A DNA stretch of 64,000 nucleotides from Lama glama (lineage: Eukaryota): assembly GCA_028534125.1 (NCBI GenBank), contig CM052817.1, positions 19,408,001 through 19,472,000 of the forward strand, in the 5' to 3' direction. The position numbers and the translations under genes are program-made. Of the stretch, positions 39,154-52,399 are shown one piece after another; position 1 is the stretch's first letter; the number at the start of each line of letters is the position of its first letter. The notes beneath the pieces were generated by a model, which was not told where the DNA came from, searched no databases, and worked only from the letters and a program-made list of their open reading frames with translations.

Positions 39154-39849
39154 ATAGACTATATTTCTAATGGAATGTGGTAATGGTTTATTTCAATTTA
39201 CAGAATCAATAATAAGAATACATTACTTACACATCTTCTAACCAATTCATGCTTCTCTCTTTCTTCTTAAATTTTTTCACAGGTTACTTTTCATGAAATC
39301 TTTAACTACCTTAAAATTTTTTTCCACAAATATTAGCTTAAATATTCTGTTGGTATCAGTAGCTAGTATGTACAGAATTTTTGCTATGTTTAAGCAATAT
39401 ACTGCTCTTTTTTCCAATATTTTTGCTCTATCTTCACAATATTCACTATAAAGTTAAATATCCTTACCCTTTTTATGTATCACTAATCTGGTACTTGAAA
39501 TGATTGGTGTGCCCATAGATACATCTACGCTAGTGAGTGGAAATAATGGGTCTTGAACTTAGATCTTTTTGACTCCATGTTCTTCCCAGTCTTACCCAGT
39601 GCCTCAAATCTCAAAGAATTATTTCCTTTTTGCTGATACATTTTTGTTTGGCTAGAAGACATATTTCTGAATTATTCCAAAGTTTATATTGTGTTTTCAC
39701 TAGACCTATGTAAGCTTCATGCTTTGAGGCTTTGTGCCTCAGTTCTTGAGATTGTTCTCCAGAAAGTATGACCACCCTCCTAACCTTTTTCACACTATTC
39801 GGCCAAATGTGTGCAACTCCAAGACCTGGGCATTATGTATGTGATGCTC

Positions 39850-40119
39850 CCCTTTCTCCATCTTCAAAGCCAACAACAGCAGGTTGAGGCCTTTTCTCAT
39901 TGCACCCCTCCAACCCCCACTTCCGCCTCCCTCTTCCACCATGGAAGAACTTTAAGATTACATTAGGCCCACCCAGATGACCCAGACAACCTTTCCACGT
40001 TAAGGTCAGTTAATTAGCAAACTTCATTCCATGTGCAATCTTAATTCTTTAAACATGTAATGAGCTTCCAGTGATTTAAACACGTATACCTTTAAGGGGT
40101 CATTATTCTGCCTAACGTA
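39850..40119 (-). mobile_element. MaLR LTR fragment, MLT1D-like
   Basis: tccatcttcaaagccaacaa...gattacattaggcccacccagat...aaggtcagttaattagcaaac...ggggtcattattctgccta. Confidence 0.75.
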
Positions 40120-40656
40120 GGGTGAAATACATGTGTGTGTGTGTTCTTTTTACTCTTGAATAAAATGTCTAGAATTTGGTGTATCTATTTAGTCTGCATC
40201 CTTTCCTATTGTAATAAACATGTCAGGACAAACTCAGGAAAACCTGATCATCTGCCACGCATTTCTTTTTGTTAGGGTTAAAGACAAGATTAGTGACAAG
40301 GAATGTACAATCCATGCATCATTTGCTTTCCATCTGACTTTGTAATGTGTCCATGATATGATTGCATAGGGAGTACTTATTTAAAAACCTCATCTTGCTA
40401 TTCTGTATTTATGCCTCAGTATTAATGTGTGGCAAAATATAATATCTATTTTCTCATTGGAATGCTTCTATTTGATAAATTAGGTAATCTAAACTGTGAG
40501 AGTATTTTCCTCAAGAGGCAAAATGAGTCATTTTTATTTTGAAAGAAAAATATCTTACATGTGTATTTATTTATAACAAACTAGAATTTGGCAACAGTGT
40601 GTAATCCCTGGTCTCACTTTTCAAACCCCTTCGGGGAATGTGTTAAAATGTGTTAA

Positions 40657-41160
40657 TGTAGCTGAGATAAACTGGATTTTACAGTCACAGAACCCCCTTC
40701 ACTCTACGTTCCTGGGTTAGAATTGGCCAGAAGAATTTATGCAAGATTAAGAGATGGAAGCAAAAGAGAGCCTTTTGATTTTAGGAATTTATTTCTGCGT
40801 GATTCTGGGAAACAGGTGGGCTGCAGGAGGGTTTTCAACAATAGCCCCTGTTATGGATGCTAGGAAGGTGACCATATGGGCACCTCGTAGTCTCTTTAAC
40901 CCAAATACCCAACTTCATGGTTGCTTTAATCTGTGGGAAAAGACCTTGGTGACTGAAAGCTGAGCACAAGCTGGGTAGGAAAGAGGAACTTATCAGCCCA
41001 GTTCTGCAATGCATTATTATTTAATAATCACTCTGAAGGTTATCACATGTGTCCTTGGCATTTTTGAAACTATAGCATCTTAATAGCTAAATAATATCTA
41101 ATAATAAATCCTTAATTCTTCAACAGATAATTGAGACTTGTTTTCTTAGTTGAATACATC
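40657..41160 (+). mobile_element. Old ERVL-type LTR (LTR41/LTR33-like)
   Basis: ctgggttagaattggcca...gcaagatt...gatggaag and a 3' taataaatcctt block resemble old ERVL LTRs. Heavily diverged. Confidence 0.35.
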
Positions 41161-42254
41161 TGTTGGCTTTGTATCTTTAAGGCCTCCTTTTTTTTTTTTC
41201 CTTTTTGGTATTTGTTTAATTTTCTGAGAATATACCTTCTTGGTTTTCAAACTATTATAATTTTTAAAGAAAAATCTTCTTTCATTTCTCAGCACTTTTT
41301 AAAAGAAAGAAGAACTACTTTTATGTGCCCTGTCTGCTATCTTTCCAAAGTTCAGTTTCAATATTTATTGAGAAAACATGCTTTTCTCTTTTAAAATGGT
41401 TATGAGAGGAAGTAGCTTTAGTATATGAGGTGCCTCACGCCTGCTAGGAGTCCATGAAATTCGTGATCACTTGGGCAAGTTGTTCAACTTGCCTCTTTAA
41501 ATTGACTATATTTATCCCAAAAGAATCCATACTAATCAAAGTGAAAAATGTTTTTAATAACGACTTTGAGATTTAACTTCATTTTGAATAGTTGAGATAA
41601 GCACCTATTTTTTATTCCCTCCTGATTTTCACTGATTTGAAGAATTTAAAACTGATTAAATCCCATTTGGCATATTCTGTGATTCAAACATCTACCTGTA
41701 TAGACTGCATCTCGAAAGACTGAAAATTGTACTGCAACTGTCTTTTTTTTTTTTTTTGGTGATGTTACTTAATGCCAATGAACATTCACTTTATATTGAT
41801 TTTTGGGATCTAGATCTCCTTCACACGTTGATATCGCCACAGATAATTAGCTGTAAAATCATAACTGATATTTAAATGAACAAGATTATCATGGTCTACA
41901 CCATGCTCAACTATTGGCATTTATTGTGAATATAAAGATCACACATTGTAAAGATCAATATCAAAATCATCAACAGATATTTCAAAAAGTAAAGATGTCA
42001 AAACAACTGCAGACCTACTAAATCTAGCTGACATCATTATCATTTTATCTATTTATCATCTAATTTCTGATCATTTGCTATCAACAGTAGTGAATCACTA
42101 TAGACTTTAGATGAATTGTATAGAAATATAAACCTTCCTTAATATTCCCATAATAGGGTGTGTGACTGTGTCACATTAAAACTGAAAAGAAGTAATGGCA
42201 TCTCTCATCCTTTCCTTTCTTCCTTTCTTTATGCATTTTTTTTTTAAGTGAAAA

Positions 42255-42500
42255 TGTTCTAGCAGTTTCTCTACTGAATCCCTCTCAGGTTACATTAGCC
42301 ACAGTTGGGCCAAATCTTCATTGCCAGTAAATAAAATGGAACCATGCTGATCGGCTTAAACTTAGATTAGGCATGGGTCACCCACTGACCAGGGACAAGA
42401 ATTACCTTTCCTGAGTTTTACAGAGGCAAGTGGGACATATAAATGAGAACACCAACATGGAAGACAGGTAAGTGGATGGTGACAACAACCAATAGTATTG
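42255..42500 (-). mobile_element. Old MaLR fragment (MLT1K/L-like)
   Basis: ctctcaggttacattagccacagttgggcca...gaaccatgctgatcggctta...tggatggtgacaacaaccaatagt. Confidence 0.4.
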
Positions 42501-43429
42501 GATGTACATTTTTTCACATTTGTATCACCAGTACCTTCAACCATGCATAGCATAAGCAAAAAGCATATTAAATTCATCCTGCCTGAATGGTAAAAACTTA
42601 TATTCAGGCTGCTCTGCACCTTGCTATTGCAATAGAATGAAATTCACTATTGTTTTTAAAGTAATTAAAGAGTGGTAAAGAGTGTTCAATAAAATCCTGA
42701 AGGTGAACTTAAAAATAAGGAAGTCGTTCTGCAAAGTTACCACGCCATTTGTCGGAGGTAGAAGTGCCTTCCTCAGTTCCATCAGTCCTAGAGAAGCTCA
42801 GTTTGACATAGTGAGGGATTTCTAGGTCATTAGGAGTTGAAGCTTTGTCAGAGTTTACAGTACATGTCAAATGGTGTGTTAAGTTCTTTGAAGAGTTCTT
42901 AGAAATAAAAAGTCTATTTATTCCCCAAACTCTAACTAATTGAGTTTGCTCATAATTTGGCAATAAGATGCCATACAACTTCCAGGCCAAAAAAGAGAAC
43001 TTTAGTAATTTACAAAGCTAAGGCATGGAAGGCAATTTATATCTTTTACTGATTTCAATAATTAGCAGAACAAACTTGTTCCTTTTCACTCCAATATATG
43101 TATTCTTCAGGAAGCCAAATATAAAAGGTAATCTATTTTTATCCAAGATTTTCTTCCTATTGACTCTTTATCCTGCTTTCCTAACACCTAGTTTAACAAT
43201 CTGAAGCAATATCACTGACAAAAAACTGTGAAAGAACTTAAAAATAGTTACATTTTGCTGATTTTAGATCAACATATTGGATAGCAGAAGCTAAAATCTT
43301 ATAGACCTCAATTTTTCAGTAGTGTTTACAGAGGTGTGTTTCTGTATGTTTTCATTTTTATTTGTTTTGCTTTATTTTGCTTTGTTATGTTCCGTTTTGC
43401 TTTTGAGGGACTAAGAAATACATAAAAAT

Positions 43430-43620
43430 TTCAGACCTTGCAGTTACATATATCTGGTTTTAAAGTATTGTTCTATAATCATGGGCAATTAACTTCTCTG
43501 TTGTCCAATTTCTTCATTTATAAAACGTCTTCACTAATACCCAAAGAGTTTTGCAAATTACACATAATATGCCCAGCATTGCCTGGGACATAGTATATGC
43601 TCAACAAATGGTAGTTATTT
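43430..43620 (+). mobile_element. MIR
   Basis: atcatgggcaattaacttctctgttgtccaatttcttcatttataaaa...gcctgggacatagtatatgctcaacaaatggtagttatt. Confidence 0.65.
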
Positions 43621-46600
43621 ATGCTTTATTAATTATAACTTTCACGACAGAAGACCAAACCATCGATTCAGTCTGATACATAATATTAGAACTTAATTTT
43701 GGCCCTTCTTAAAGTGTGTAATCTTGGATAACTATTTTATTCATGTTGATTTCCCAGCAGATCACATTGCAGCCTCTTCTGGCTAAACTGATTTATTTCA
43801 AAAATATTTTGCATGGCTAAATTGCAGAACCTTTAAATTAAATCTCTAAGCCCATAGTACTTAAATATAAACTCTTGATTATCGGATTCCATTAAAAGTA
43901 GAATGAACTGACACTTTGACTATTGAGTAGTAAAGGAAAACCAAGGGACAGAATGGCTTGTACATTTTCAAAATATTTGTCTCTAATCAGTTATATTTAG
44001 CATGAATTAATAGAAGAGTTATAGCTTTCCAGTTTTTTAAGAGGAATTAATTTGAGACTGCCCACCCTACTAGCTTCTGACTTGGAGGTCTGACTTCATC
44101 AATTAAATTCACAGCAGATTAATTAGCTAGTAATTTAGGAAGTTAATCATCATTCAGTTATACTTATTAAGTGTCTTTGTGTTCATGAAACTTGTGTTGG
44201 AAGATTGGTTTGGGAGGACTGAAATCTTGCTTGAAGAAACATTTAAGTGGTTTGGACACCCCAGCTTCAACCTAAATGATATTCTTGGTGCTGCTCATCC
44301 CTTTATCACTGTTTAAGGATAGATACTGAGTACAATACAAAAGTGTGTAAGAAACGTATTATGTGTATTAGAGCTGACATGGCTTTCATTAGGGCCTGAT
44401 TAAATTATATTCCATGTTAAATATCCTGAATGATTTTTAGCTTTATGCTCACAACTTGCAATCTTTTTTTCTTTCCTTTCTCTGGGGAATTTTTCACATC
44501 CAGTCTTAGCTCACAGATGAAAGTCAATTTTGTGATTTCTTCCTAAAGGCTAATGGAAATTTGTTCAAATCACAATTTGCCCAATTCAGCGGAAGTACCT
44601 GCCTTGGTTCACTCAGCTAACGAGACGTCGAATTTGGTAGAGTGAGGGAGTTTGAAGTCACGAATGAGGCAAATCTTCAAAGTCTGTGAAATATTTACAT
44701 AAATTGTGGCCAAATCAAGCTAGCCTTTTAGTCTTTTTATTTTTAATGCTGCTGTTTCCTTAAAGATTTATGTAACAGTTACTGCAAATCTAAAAATAAA
44801 ATATACTTATAAGCATGTATACGTATAGACCCATGTATGCAGAAGCACCTATACACATATCCTGGGTTGCCTTCTGAAAATTACATATTTACATCTGTGA
44901 CTGCAGAGGTAGGAGACACTGCTGGCTGGTGAGAGACCCCTCATGGATTTCCCTGAGTTGCATTGTCTTCCTTTTCTTTGCTTTTCTGTATTTATGAGAA
45001 CTGATGAAAGTAAGTTCACCTCTTCACTTGGTTTGCCATTCTTGAATTCTTTACAATTAGACATAACTTCAGTGAGGATGCTAACTGTAAGGTTTGTTCT
45101 CATATGTAGAGAATTCTAGCAAAAGCTTTTCCAGAACAGCTTTAGTCTGTAAAACTTTAACCTCTTTCAAGATATGCTTTATTTTCTCCAATCTCCTTTG
45201 CACATGGTGCAGTACAAGCATGCTCTTTCTTACTCTGGCTTTAGTTAACTACAGAACAGCAGGCTTGGCACCACCTTTAACCTCATGTATAACCTCTTGT
45301 ATAAAGTAAGTGATTACAATGTATTTGCTCCTTGAGGTCATTCCCTAGAAGAATCTCAGAACTGACGACTTCAGAGACGTAATCTCGTAGACCAGCTTGC
45401 TACAATGCTTTGTGCAGAATATTGTGTGAGATTTGCAATGATCTGATGCCCTCCTGGGGAGCTGGAGGAGTGGGAAGAGAGGCGCAGGCAAGGTGACATG
45501 ACATCTAGTACATTCTTAGCAGCCATCAGAGCTAAGATTCCCAGCAACACTGATTAGTGCCACTGTCAAGAAATTAAACCATTCAAAAATTTTTGCAAAG
45601 AAATCTACTATAACAATTTTACAAATGTTTTAAACAGTTTCTTTGCACTTAATAAATCCTATTCTTCTTCTTCTAAAAACATTAATAAATGAAGATACGA
45701 GACAACCTGAATCTTCACACACAGAACAGAAATCTTTACAGAATCTTGTATTATTCTTTTTTAAAGCATGAATGTGTCTCCTGCACATTTTATTCTATGA
45801 GGAAAAATAAATTTGTCAATATTTGGGTACATACTTTTACTTCAATTACTTGCCAGATTCATACCAGAATAAACACTCAGCATATGATTTATTATCATTT
45901 CAACAATCAAGTTTTAACAAAATATTATAGTTATAATTCATCTTTCTTTTTGAAGGATAAGAAAGGATATTTCACATAGCAACATTTTAAAATAGCTATT
46001 TGTAAAGCCATTTTTTAGTGAATTAGAGACAATGGGTGACATTTGGGGGGTAAAGGGTAAGATGTGTGTGGAAAAGAGGTGTTCTGCCAGATATACTAAG
46101 ACACTCAAGGTTGCACGTGTGTGCAGTGGACCAACAACCATTGTTTGCTATCATTAAATATTCTTCTACCTTAGACTGCCCTTTAGTGAAAGCTTTTTCC
46201 TTTTGCGGTTGACCTTGATGTTCACATTAACCTGATTTTGTCAGTTTTTAAGCATCCAGTAAGGAAAAGGTTGAATCCGTGTTGTGATTTACCACTAACC
46301 TAAACCCAGAGAGATGCCCCTGGGTGGTGCTCTCCCTGTGTCCCCACGTTTGTTGGAGAATTAAACAGGAACATAAACTTGCTTCAATTTTACCTGCCAT
46401 GGTTTATCTGTGACCCCACTCTCCACTGAGGATACAGACATGGAGTTTTACTGCTTACACTATTTTTGACAGCCTAAGGTGAACTTTTTTTGTAATCCAC
46501 CTCTAAATCAACTCAGACTAAACTTGAAGAAGAAGAAGAAGAAGGAAAAAGCAAACTATTGTTGTATATGTAAAGAAAGAGAATGTTTTATTTTGCAACT

Positions 46601-46658
46601 TCTAAAGTTTTATGAATTTGACTTCATTACATTTTTGAACCCACATCAGTTCTTCTTG

Positions 46659-47153
46659 TGTAATAGGAAAGAAGAAGTCTGACTCCATATTAGATCTGTT
46701 TCTTTGGCTTTAACCCTGTGCTCTGTTTCCTGGGGTTAGTCAAGCTGGTTTTGTACCTTTTTTAAAAGAATGTTGCCTATAGCCTGAAATATACAAGAGA
46801 GCCTATTCTCAAGGCTGTGACCTTTAAGGATATTAATGTTTTTCACTTTATACAAAGATAAAAATTTGCAGACTAGAAAATAACATTTGTTTTGTTGGAG
46901 GTTTTCAGGGACACCATGATCTGACCCACATGGACAGCTACAAGGAGTTTGTAACAACCACACCCCCTCCCCTTTTTATTACAAAAGGAGCCTGAATTCT
47001 GACTGGGGGAAAGATGGTTCTCCAGGACATTAGTCTGCCATCTTCTCGGTCTGTCAGCTTTCCAAATAAAGTCATTATTCCTTGCCCCAACACCTTGTCT
47101 TCCAATTTATTGACCTGTCATTGGTGAGCAAAACAAGTTTGGACTTGGTAAAA
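46659..47153 (+). mobile_element. ERV1-class solo LTR, MER41-like artiodactyl family
   Basis: Starts TGTAATAGG...CTGACTCCATATTAGATCTG. AATAAA at about 47065. Ends ggtaaaa (degenerate ggtaaca). 4-bp TSD cttg/tttg. Homologous to 2897-3408. Confidence 0.85.
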
Positions 47154-50100
47154 TTTGTTTTTCCCAATGGAAAAACTTATCCATGTGAGTCCCAAGGTTG
47201 TATTATATGTCTAGTTATATGATTGACACAAGGTTTCATAATAACTGAAAATGTAAGTTGTTCTTTGCATACATCTCTGAGGGACATGTACAGGATTGTT
47301 ACAGACCCACCCCATCCTACCCCACCTCATTCAAAAGATCAGGCAATGTTTGTCACCCTCAAAGGGGAGTAAAAAATATGTTCACATTTTAAAATTTGTA
47401 AGAGAAAAATAATTTTTCTTGAGGTGTGACTTCTAAAATATTGTGAGAATTTATTTCGTGGTAAACTACATCAGAATTATTTCCTGAAAGTAAGAAAATG
47501 CCCGACAGCCCCTTTTCTTTATTTTCTTCCTTTTTTTTTCCCATAGTCAGAGGAAAATCAGAAATTATTTTGGTAGAGAGTACAAATTAGTACACAAATG
47601 AACACATGCCTGTTAAAATTTTCTAGAGATTCGTGAAGTGGTTGAAAACAGAAATTTAAAATTATAGGTAGTTCAGAGATAATCATGATGTTTGAAACAT
47701 TTCCCTGTGTTTACGCATTCAAAGTATCCTAATTCTTTATAAACTAAGTTTAATTAATGTATGTATGTATTTATTTCCTTGTTTCCTTCCTTCCTTTCTT
47801 TCTTTTTTTTTTTCTCCCAGTGAATAAGCTGAAATTTTGTTAGGGTGACTTGCCCTGCAGTGGCTTCTTGACCCCATGGACTACATGTCTATGATCTTGA
47901 TGAGATGTATGGGACATTGACGCCAACTAGCCAGAAATTCACCAGCCTTTTTTTTCTTTTTTGGCAAGGCAGGTAATGCAGATATGGGAAAGCAAAATTA
48001 AAGTACATAAAAGAAAAAAAAAATAGGAATCTTGAGAAATTTGTATCGCTCCTTTGGACCTCAGTTTATACCCTTGTAAATTGAGGAAGAAAGGGCAATA
48101 GACTGAAATTAACATTTATTTACTGATTTCCTCACCTTTTTGTTCTTCATAATACCCAAATGAAAAGTTATTTTATCATTATTTCATTGAAACCGATTAA
48201 GAGAAATATTAAGTAACTTTTTCTTGATAAAGACACAAAAACATCAGAATCCTAATTTTACTCTATCTTGAGTCTTCATGTCTCCAATATTTATGTTTTT
48301 CTCCTTTTTATCTCATTATACAAAATAAGATTGCCTTTTACATAAAGTAAAAGAAACAAAAACCCCTCTCTTTTATGACAGAATTTTGAAGTTAAAAACC
48401 CATGTTTAAGATCTTAATGAGATAGAGCTTTGTAAACATTAATTCTGCTGTGTCCTTAGACTTCCAGAGAGAGATCTAATGGTGAGATTTGCTAAAGGAA
48501 AGAAGTGAGTCTGAAGATAGAAGAAGAAGATGAGTAGGCACTTAGAAGAAGGCAGAGTGAAGAAAAGATGGAGATTGCAACCAAAAACGGACCTCTACTA
48601 ATTTTGGAAATTATAGAGAACTCTTTTTTAAGAACTGGACTAGCTAATATTTCAATGATTAAATTGTAAAGTCACCTTTGTCTCTTTATATCTTCCTGAA
48701 CATTTAATAAACATTATTGCATGGAAGATTTTGCTTCATGCAAGGTGATTTTCTGTTTTCAATTTCTTGGTTACTGGACTTCACTTTATATAATAAATAT
48801 ACTCGGTACAAAGTGTGATGGCCGTGGGCACACTTAAGTCATTTGTGTTTTCCAGACCGCTTGTTTCTATGATTAAATATAAACAATAATATTCACAAAA
48901 AGTACTTCGCTGGCTCTATTTCTATCTTTTGTAGGAATTCAATTCAACATCAAATTTGTCAGAAAAGTTTTGGAAATCTACCAGAGAGTCTGAACAGGGT
49001 AGATGGAAAGCCCTGAGCTATTTCTGGTATCTTCCACAGCTTTGCCCTATGTCAGAGCCAAACTGTCACTTTGACGCTGCTGACCAATGTGGACACTGCT
49101 CCCATTGGTGCCTGGCAATGACAGCCAAGCCAAATTAGTTGCTTTTGAGAGTCGGCTGATATTGGCTTTCCGACTGCCCATCAGCAATATTGAGCACATA
49201 AGTGTCATCGTATTCATCACGACTCCCACACACATCCCTTCCATTCTTAACGGAACGTTTAGCACCAAAATGACTTAACACTTAACACATAGAGTTTTCA
49301 TTATACCAAGAGCCTTACAGCAAAACATAATTATTTCCAGTTAAAAGCTTCCTACTCCGTCATCTTAGGACTCAATCATGGGTGATGTGCCTCAGGACAG
49401 CCTGAGTAAGACCCTCCATACTGTCCTCAAATTGATTAGCAGGCAGGCCTGCAAATTTTGACTAATCATCTTGGCCTATTGTTTTCCAACAAAATGTGTT
49501 CAGCTCAAGAACAGTGCATAATTTCTCTGGAGAATCATTAATTATATATGTAAATGAAACTCACGGTGAAAGTATCTACTAGTAAATTCCCAGAGAATCC
49601 TGGATTCTGTGGATAACCCCAGGTCCCTGCAAAAGAAAAAAAAAAGAAAAACAATTCAACTCAGGGAGAAATCACGATGTTGAGAGCACTTAAAAACAGC
49701 TTCCTGACAGGGATGAGGTGATGCTGTGAATAATTGGAAGCGGACACTCTCTAATCCTCAAACATTCTCTACTGCCTTTTTCCATTACTCACCCACAACT
49801 CACTTCACCATTTTGGTTAAAAATCATTATGTTTATTTTGATTTAAATGAAATTTGTTTAGCTATAATGAGTTATAATGATATAAAATATAACCACATTA
49901 AATTGCACATTTAATAAATTGTGTGAAATTAGTAAATTGTGTGAAATCAAGTAAATTGAAAAGATCAGAATCTAAGATCATGCTACGTAGTTTGGCTATG
50001 CCCCTGAAAAGTCTGTTGGATGAGCTATTGAAATTTTACATGTCTCTTAAATAAAATAATTAAGTACTCTTTAGTAGGTTAATTAAATAAAATAAGACAA

Positions 50101-50554
50101 CTTTGCCGGAACTTGGAGACGGGAACTATGTCTACAGACTCAGTGAGAGAAGCAGGTTGTATTTCTTGTATAACCTCTTTTTTAGATGATAAGTATTGTT
50201 TTGGAAAGCATACTGCTTTTGTGTTATCACTTATCATAAATTTTCATTCCAAATGTGCCAGTAGGATACTTAAAAACAAGGTAACGAGTAAGAACTAGCA
50301 AAATATTGAATGTATAGTATATATTAGGTAATAGATCATATTTGGTGAATTATTAACTGAGTGTAGAAAATTACTAATTTTTGAGCGCCAGGATGTTTTG
50401 GCACAGTATCTTGGTGATTATGGGGTCCTTATTTAAACTCCGTATTGACGAAGAGGAAGCACAGCTCAGAGAGTTACCAGTAGAGCTGGTTTTTGGATGC
50501 AGCACAATTGGACCCTAAACTTTGTTAATAAAGCCAGGGTTGCTACATAAGCTG

Positions 50555-50750
50555 CACTGGGATCATTTGCTGTGTGACCTTAGACAAGCTACCTAAAATC
50601 TGGGCCTTAATTTTTCTCTCTGTGAAGTGCAAATGAAAACACTGCTTATTTCATACAAAAGTTTTGAAGATGAACTTGACCCCTTATATGTATAAAATAT
50701 TTAGAATAATGTATGGCTCTTTGAAAGCACTCAGCATCAGCTATTATTAT
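50555..50750 (+). mobile_element. MIR
   Basis: gctgtgtgaccttagacaagctacctaaaatctgggccttaattttttctctctgtgaa...aagcactcagc...agctattatta. Confidence 0.7.
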
Positions 50751-51524
50751 TCTACAGGTATAAGTGATAATTCAAGGTTAACAAATATTTATAAAATAGC
50801 TTTTATCTCCCTCCCTCACTTCCTTTTTTCCTTCTTTCACACCTTCTTATTTCTTTCAAATACACTAATATCCAAGATATTTTATTAATAATAACTACAA
50901 CTCTATTCCACACTGTAACTCTACTTTGTATATTTTGTATACCTTTTTTTTCCAATAAAAATCTCATATGGTCTTATCTTTGGCAAGTGTGCCTTAAGCT
51001 GCTGCCTTTCGATATACTATTATTATCTGAAATAGCTATTGTTATTTTTGTTATTTCATAGAAAAAAAATGCCTCAATGATACTAAAGACCATACTTAAA
51101 GTTATACAATTAATAAGTGGTAGACCCAAGGTCACTGAGAGAGAAAACCACGTTAAATAAGCCAAGTAAATACATTTTTGTATGTCTCAAAGATCAGTCT
51201 TACTTGCTTTCTAGCTTGCCTGCTATCTTAGATTGTGAATGTCTTGAAATTCCAGACCATTTCCTATATCTTCAGAGTTGAAACACTATGTTGGTCCCAA
51301 TATGGAATTAAATATATTTTATATATATACACATATATATTTGTTATCTATGTATTACAGAGTATTGATATATGATCATATATATTTGTACATGTTACAT
51401 ATTATATATTCATATATTTTACATAAATCCATAATACAGGTATCCTTTCTATACAGATACAGGTATAGATATGTGTGTGTGCACAGTATATATATATGTA
51501 AATCACGTGAATAGTAAAGTAGTA

Positions 51525-51925
51525 GTCATTTGAATGTCACAAATCAGATCATGTCATTTTCATAAAAACCTCTCCAATCTCACTTAGTGGAACTTCTGAT
51601 CACAGTCAGAATGAAACCCACAGTCTTTGCCCTGGACTGAAGCTTGTACAGCACCCGGCCCCTGAGGACCACTCCGAATGCATCTGCTCCTGCCATCTGC
51701 TGCTGCTGCCTCTCTGAGTCTGCCCCAGCCATGCTGTCTCAGGCTGTCACTTTCCAGTGCTGAGTGTCCTTCTGCTTTAGGGCTTTTGCACTGCTGTTCT
51801 CTCTGTCTTGAGCCCCGTACCTGATTTTTCAGGTGGCCCACTCCCACAATTCATTTTGTCTTCACATTTATTGGGTAATTAATAGGTCTCCTCTAAACAT
51901 TTTAAGTGAATTACCTTATTTAAAA
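51525..51925 (+). mobile_element. L2 3' region fragment
   Basis: aaatcagatcatgtcatt...aaaacctctccaat...cagccatgctg...agggcttttgcactgctgttc. Confidence 0.7.
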
Positions 51926-51964
51926 CAGTTTGTTATCTGTTTGGTGACATGGGTTAAGAATAAT

Positions 51965-52240
51965 GAGAAAGACAAACACTGCATGGTATATGTGGAATCT
52001 TAAAAGACAAAAGTCAATTCCATACAGAGAGCAGGAAAGTGGTGCCAGGGGCTGGGGGGTGGGGAAAATAAGGAGAGGTTGGTAAAAGCATACAAACTTT
52101 CAGTTATAAGATGAGTAAGTTCTGAGGATCCAATGACCATTAGTTAATAACACTACACCATATATTTGAAATTTGCTAAGAGAGTAGAACTTAAATGTCC
52201 TCACCCTTCCCACCCTCCCCAAAAAAGAAAAACAAAAATA
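51965..52240 (+). mobile_element. L1 3' UTR fragment (L1MA9-like)
   Basis: gagaaagacaaacactgcatg...atgtggaatct...tacaaactttcagttataagatgagtaagttctgaggatc...gaaatttgctaagagagtaga. Confidence 0.85.
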
Positions 52241-52373
52241 GAGAGACTGTTTCAGAATACAAGTGCAAAATGAAGATCTCATCCAATGCTAACACAATAT
52301 CAAAGCAACTAATGGATTGGGTTAAAAACAAAAATTTAGATGTGTTATTGAGTTAAGCTTCCCATTCCTTCAT

Positions 52374-52399
52374 ACACACACACACACACACACACACAC
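52374..52399. repeat. (CA)n microsatellite
   Basis: Direct reading. Confidence 0.95.

Noticed and set aside
49020..49280. Three overlapping ORFs and an AGTCGG/CCGACT stem as an exon or ncRNA
   Set aside because: The stem is only 6 bp, and all frames after the putative acceptor stop early with unrecognised peptides. It could be conserved non-coding DNA, but I cannot show that.
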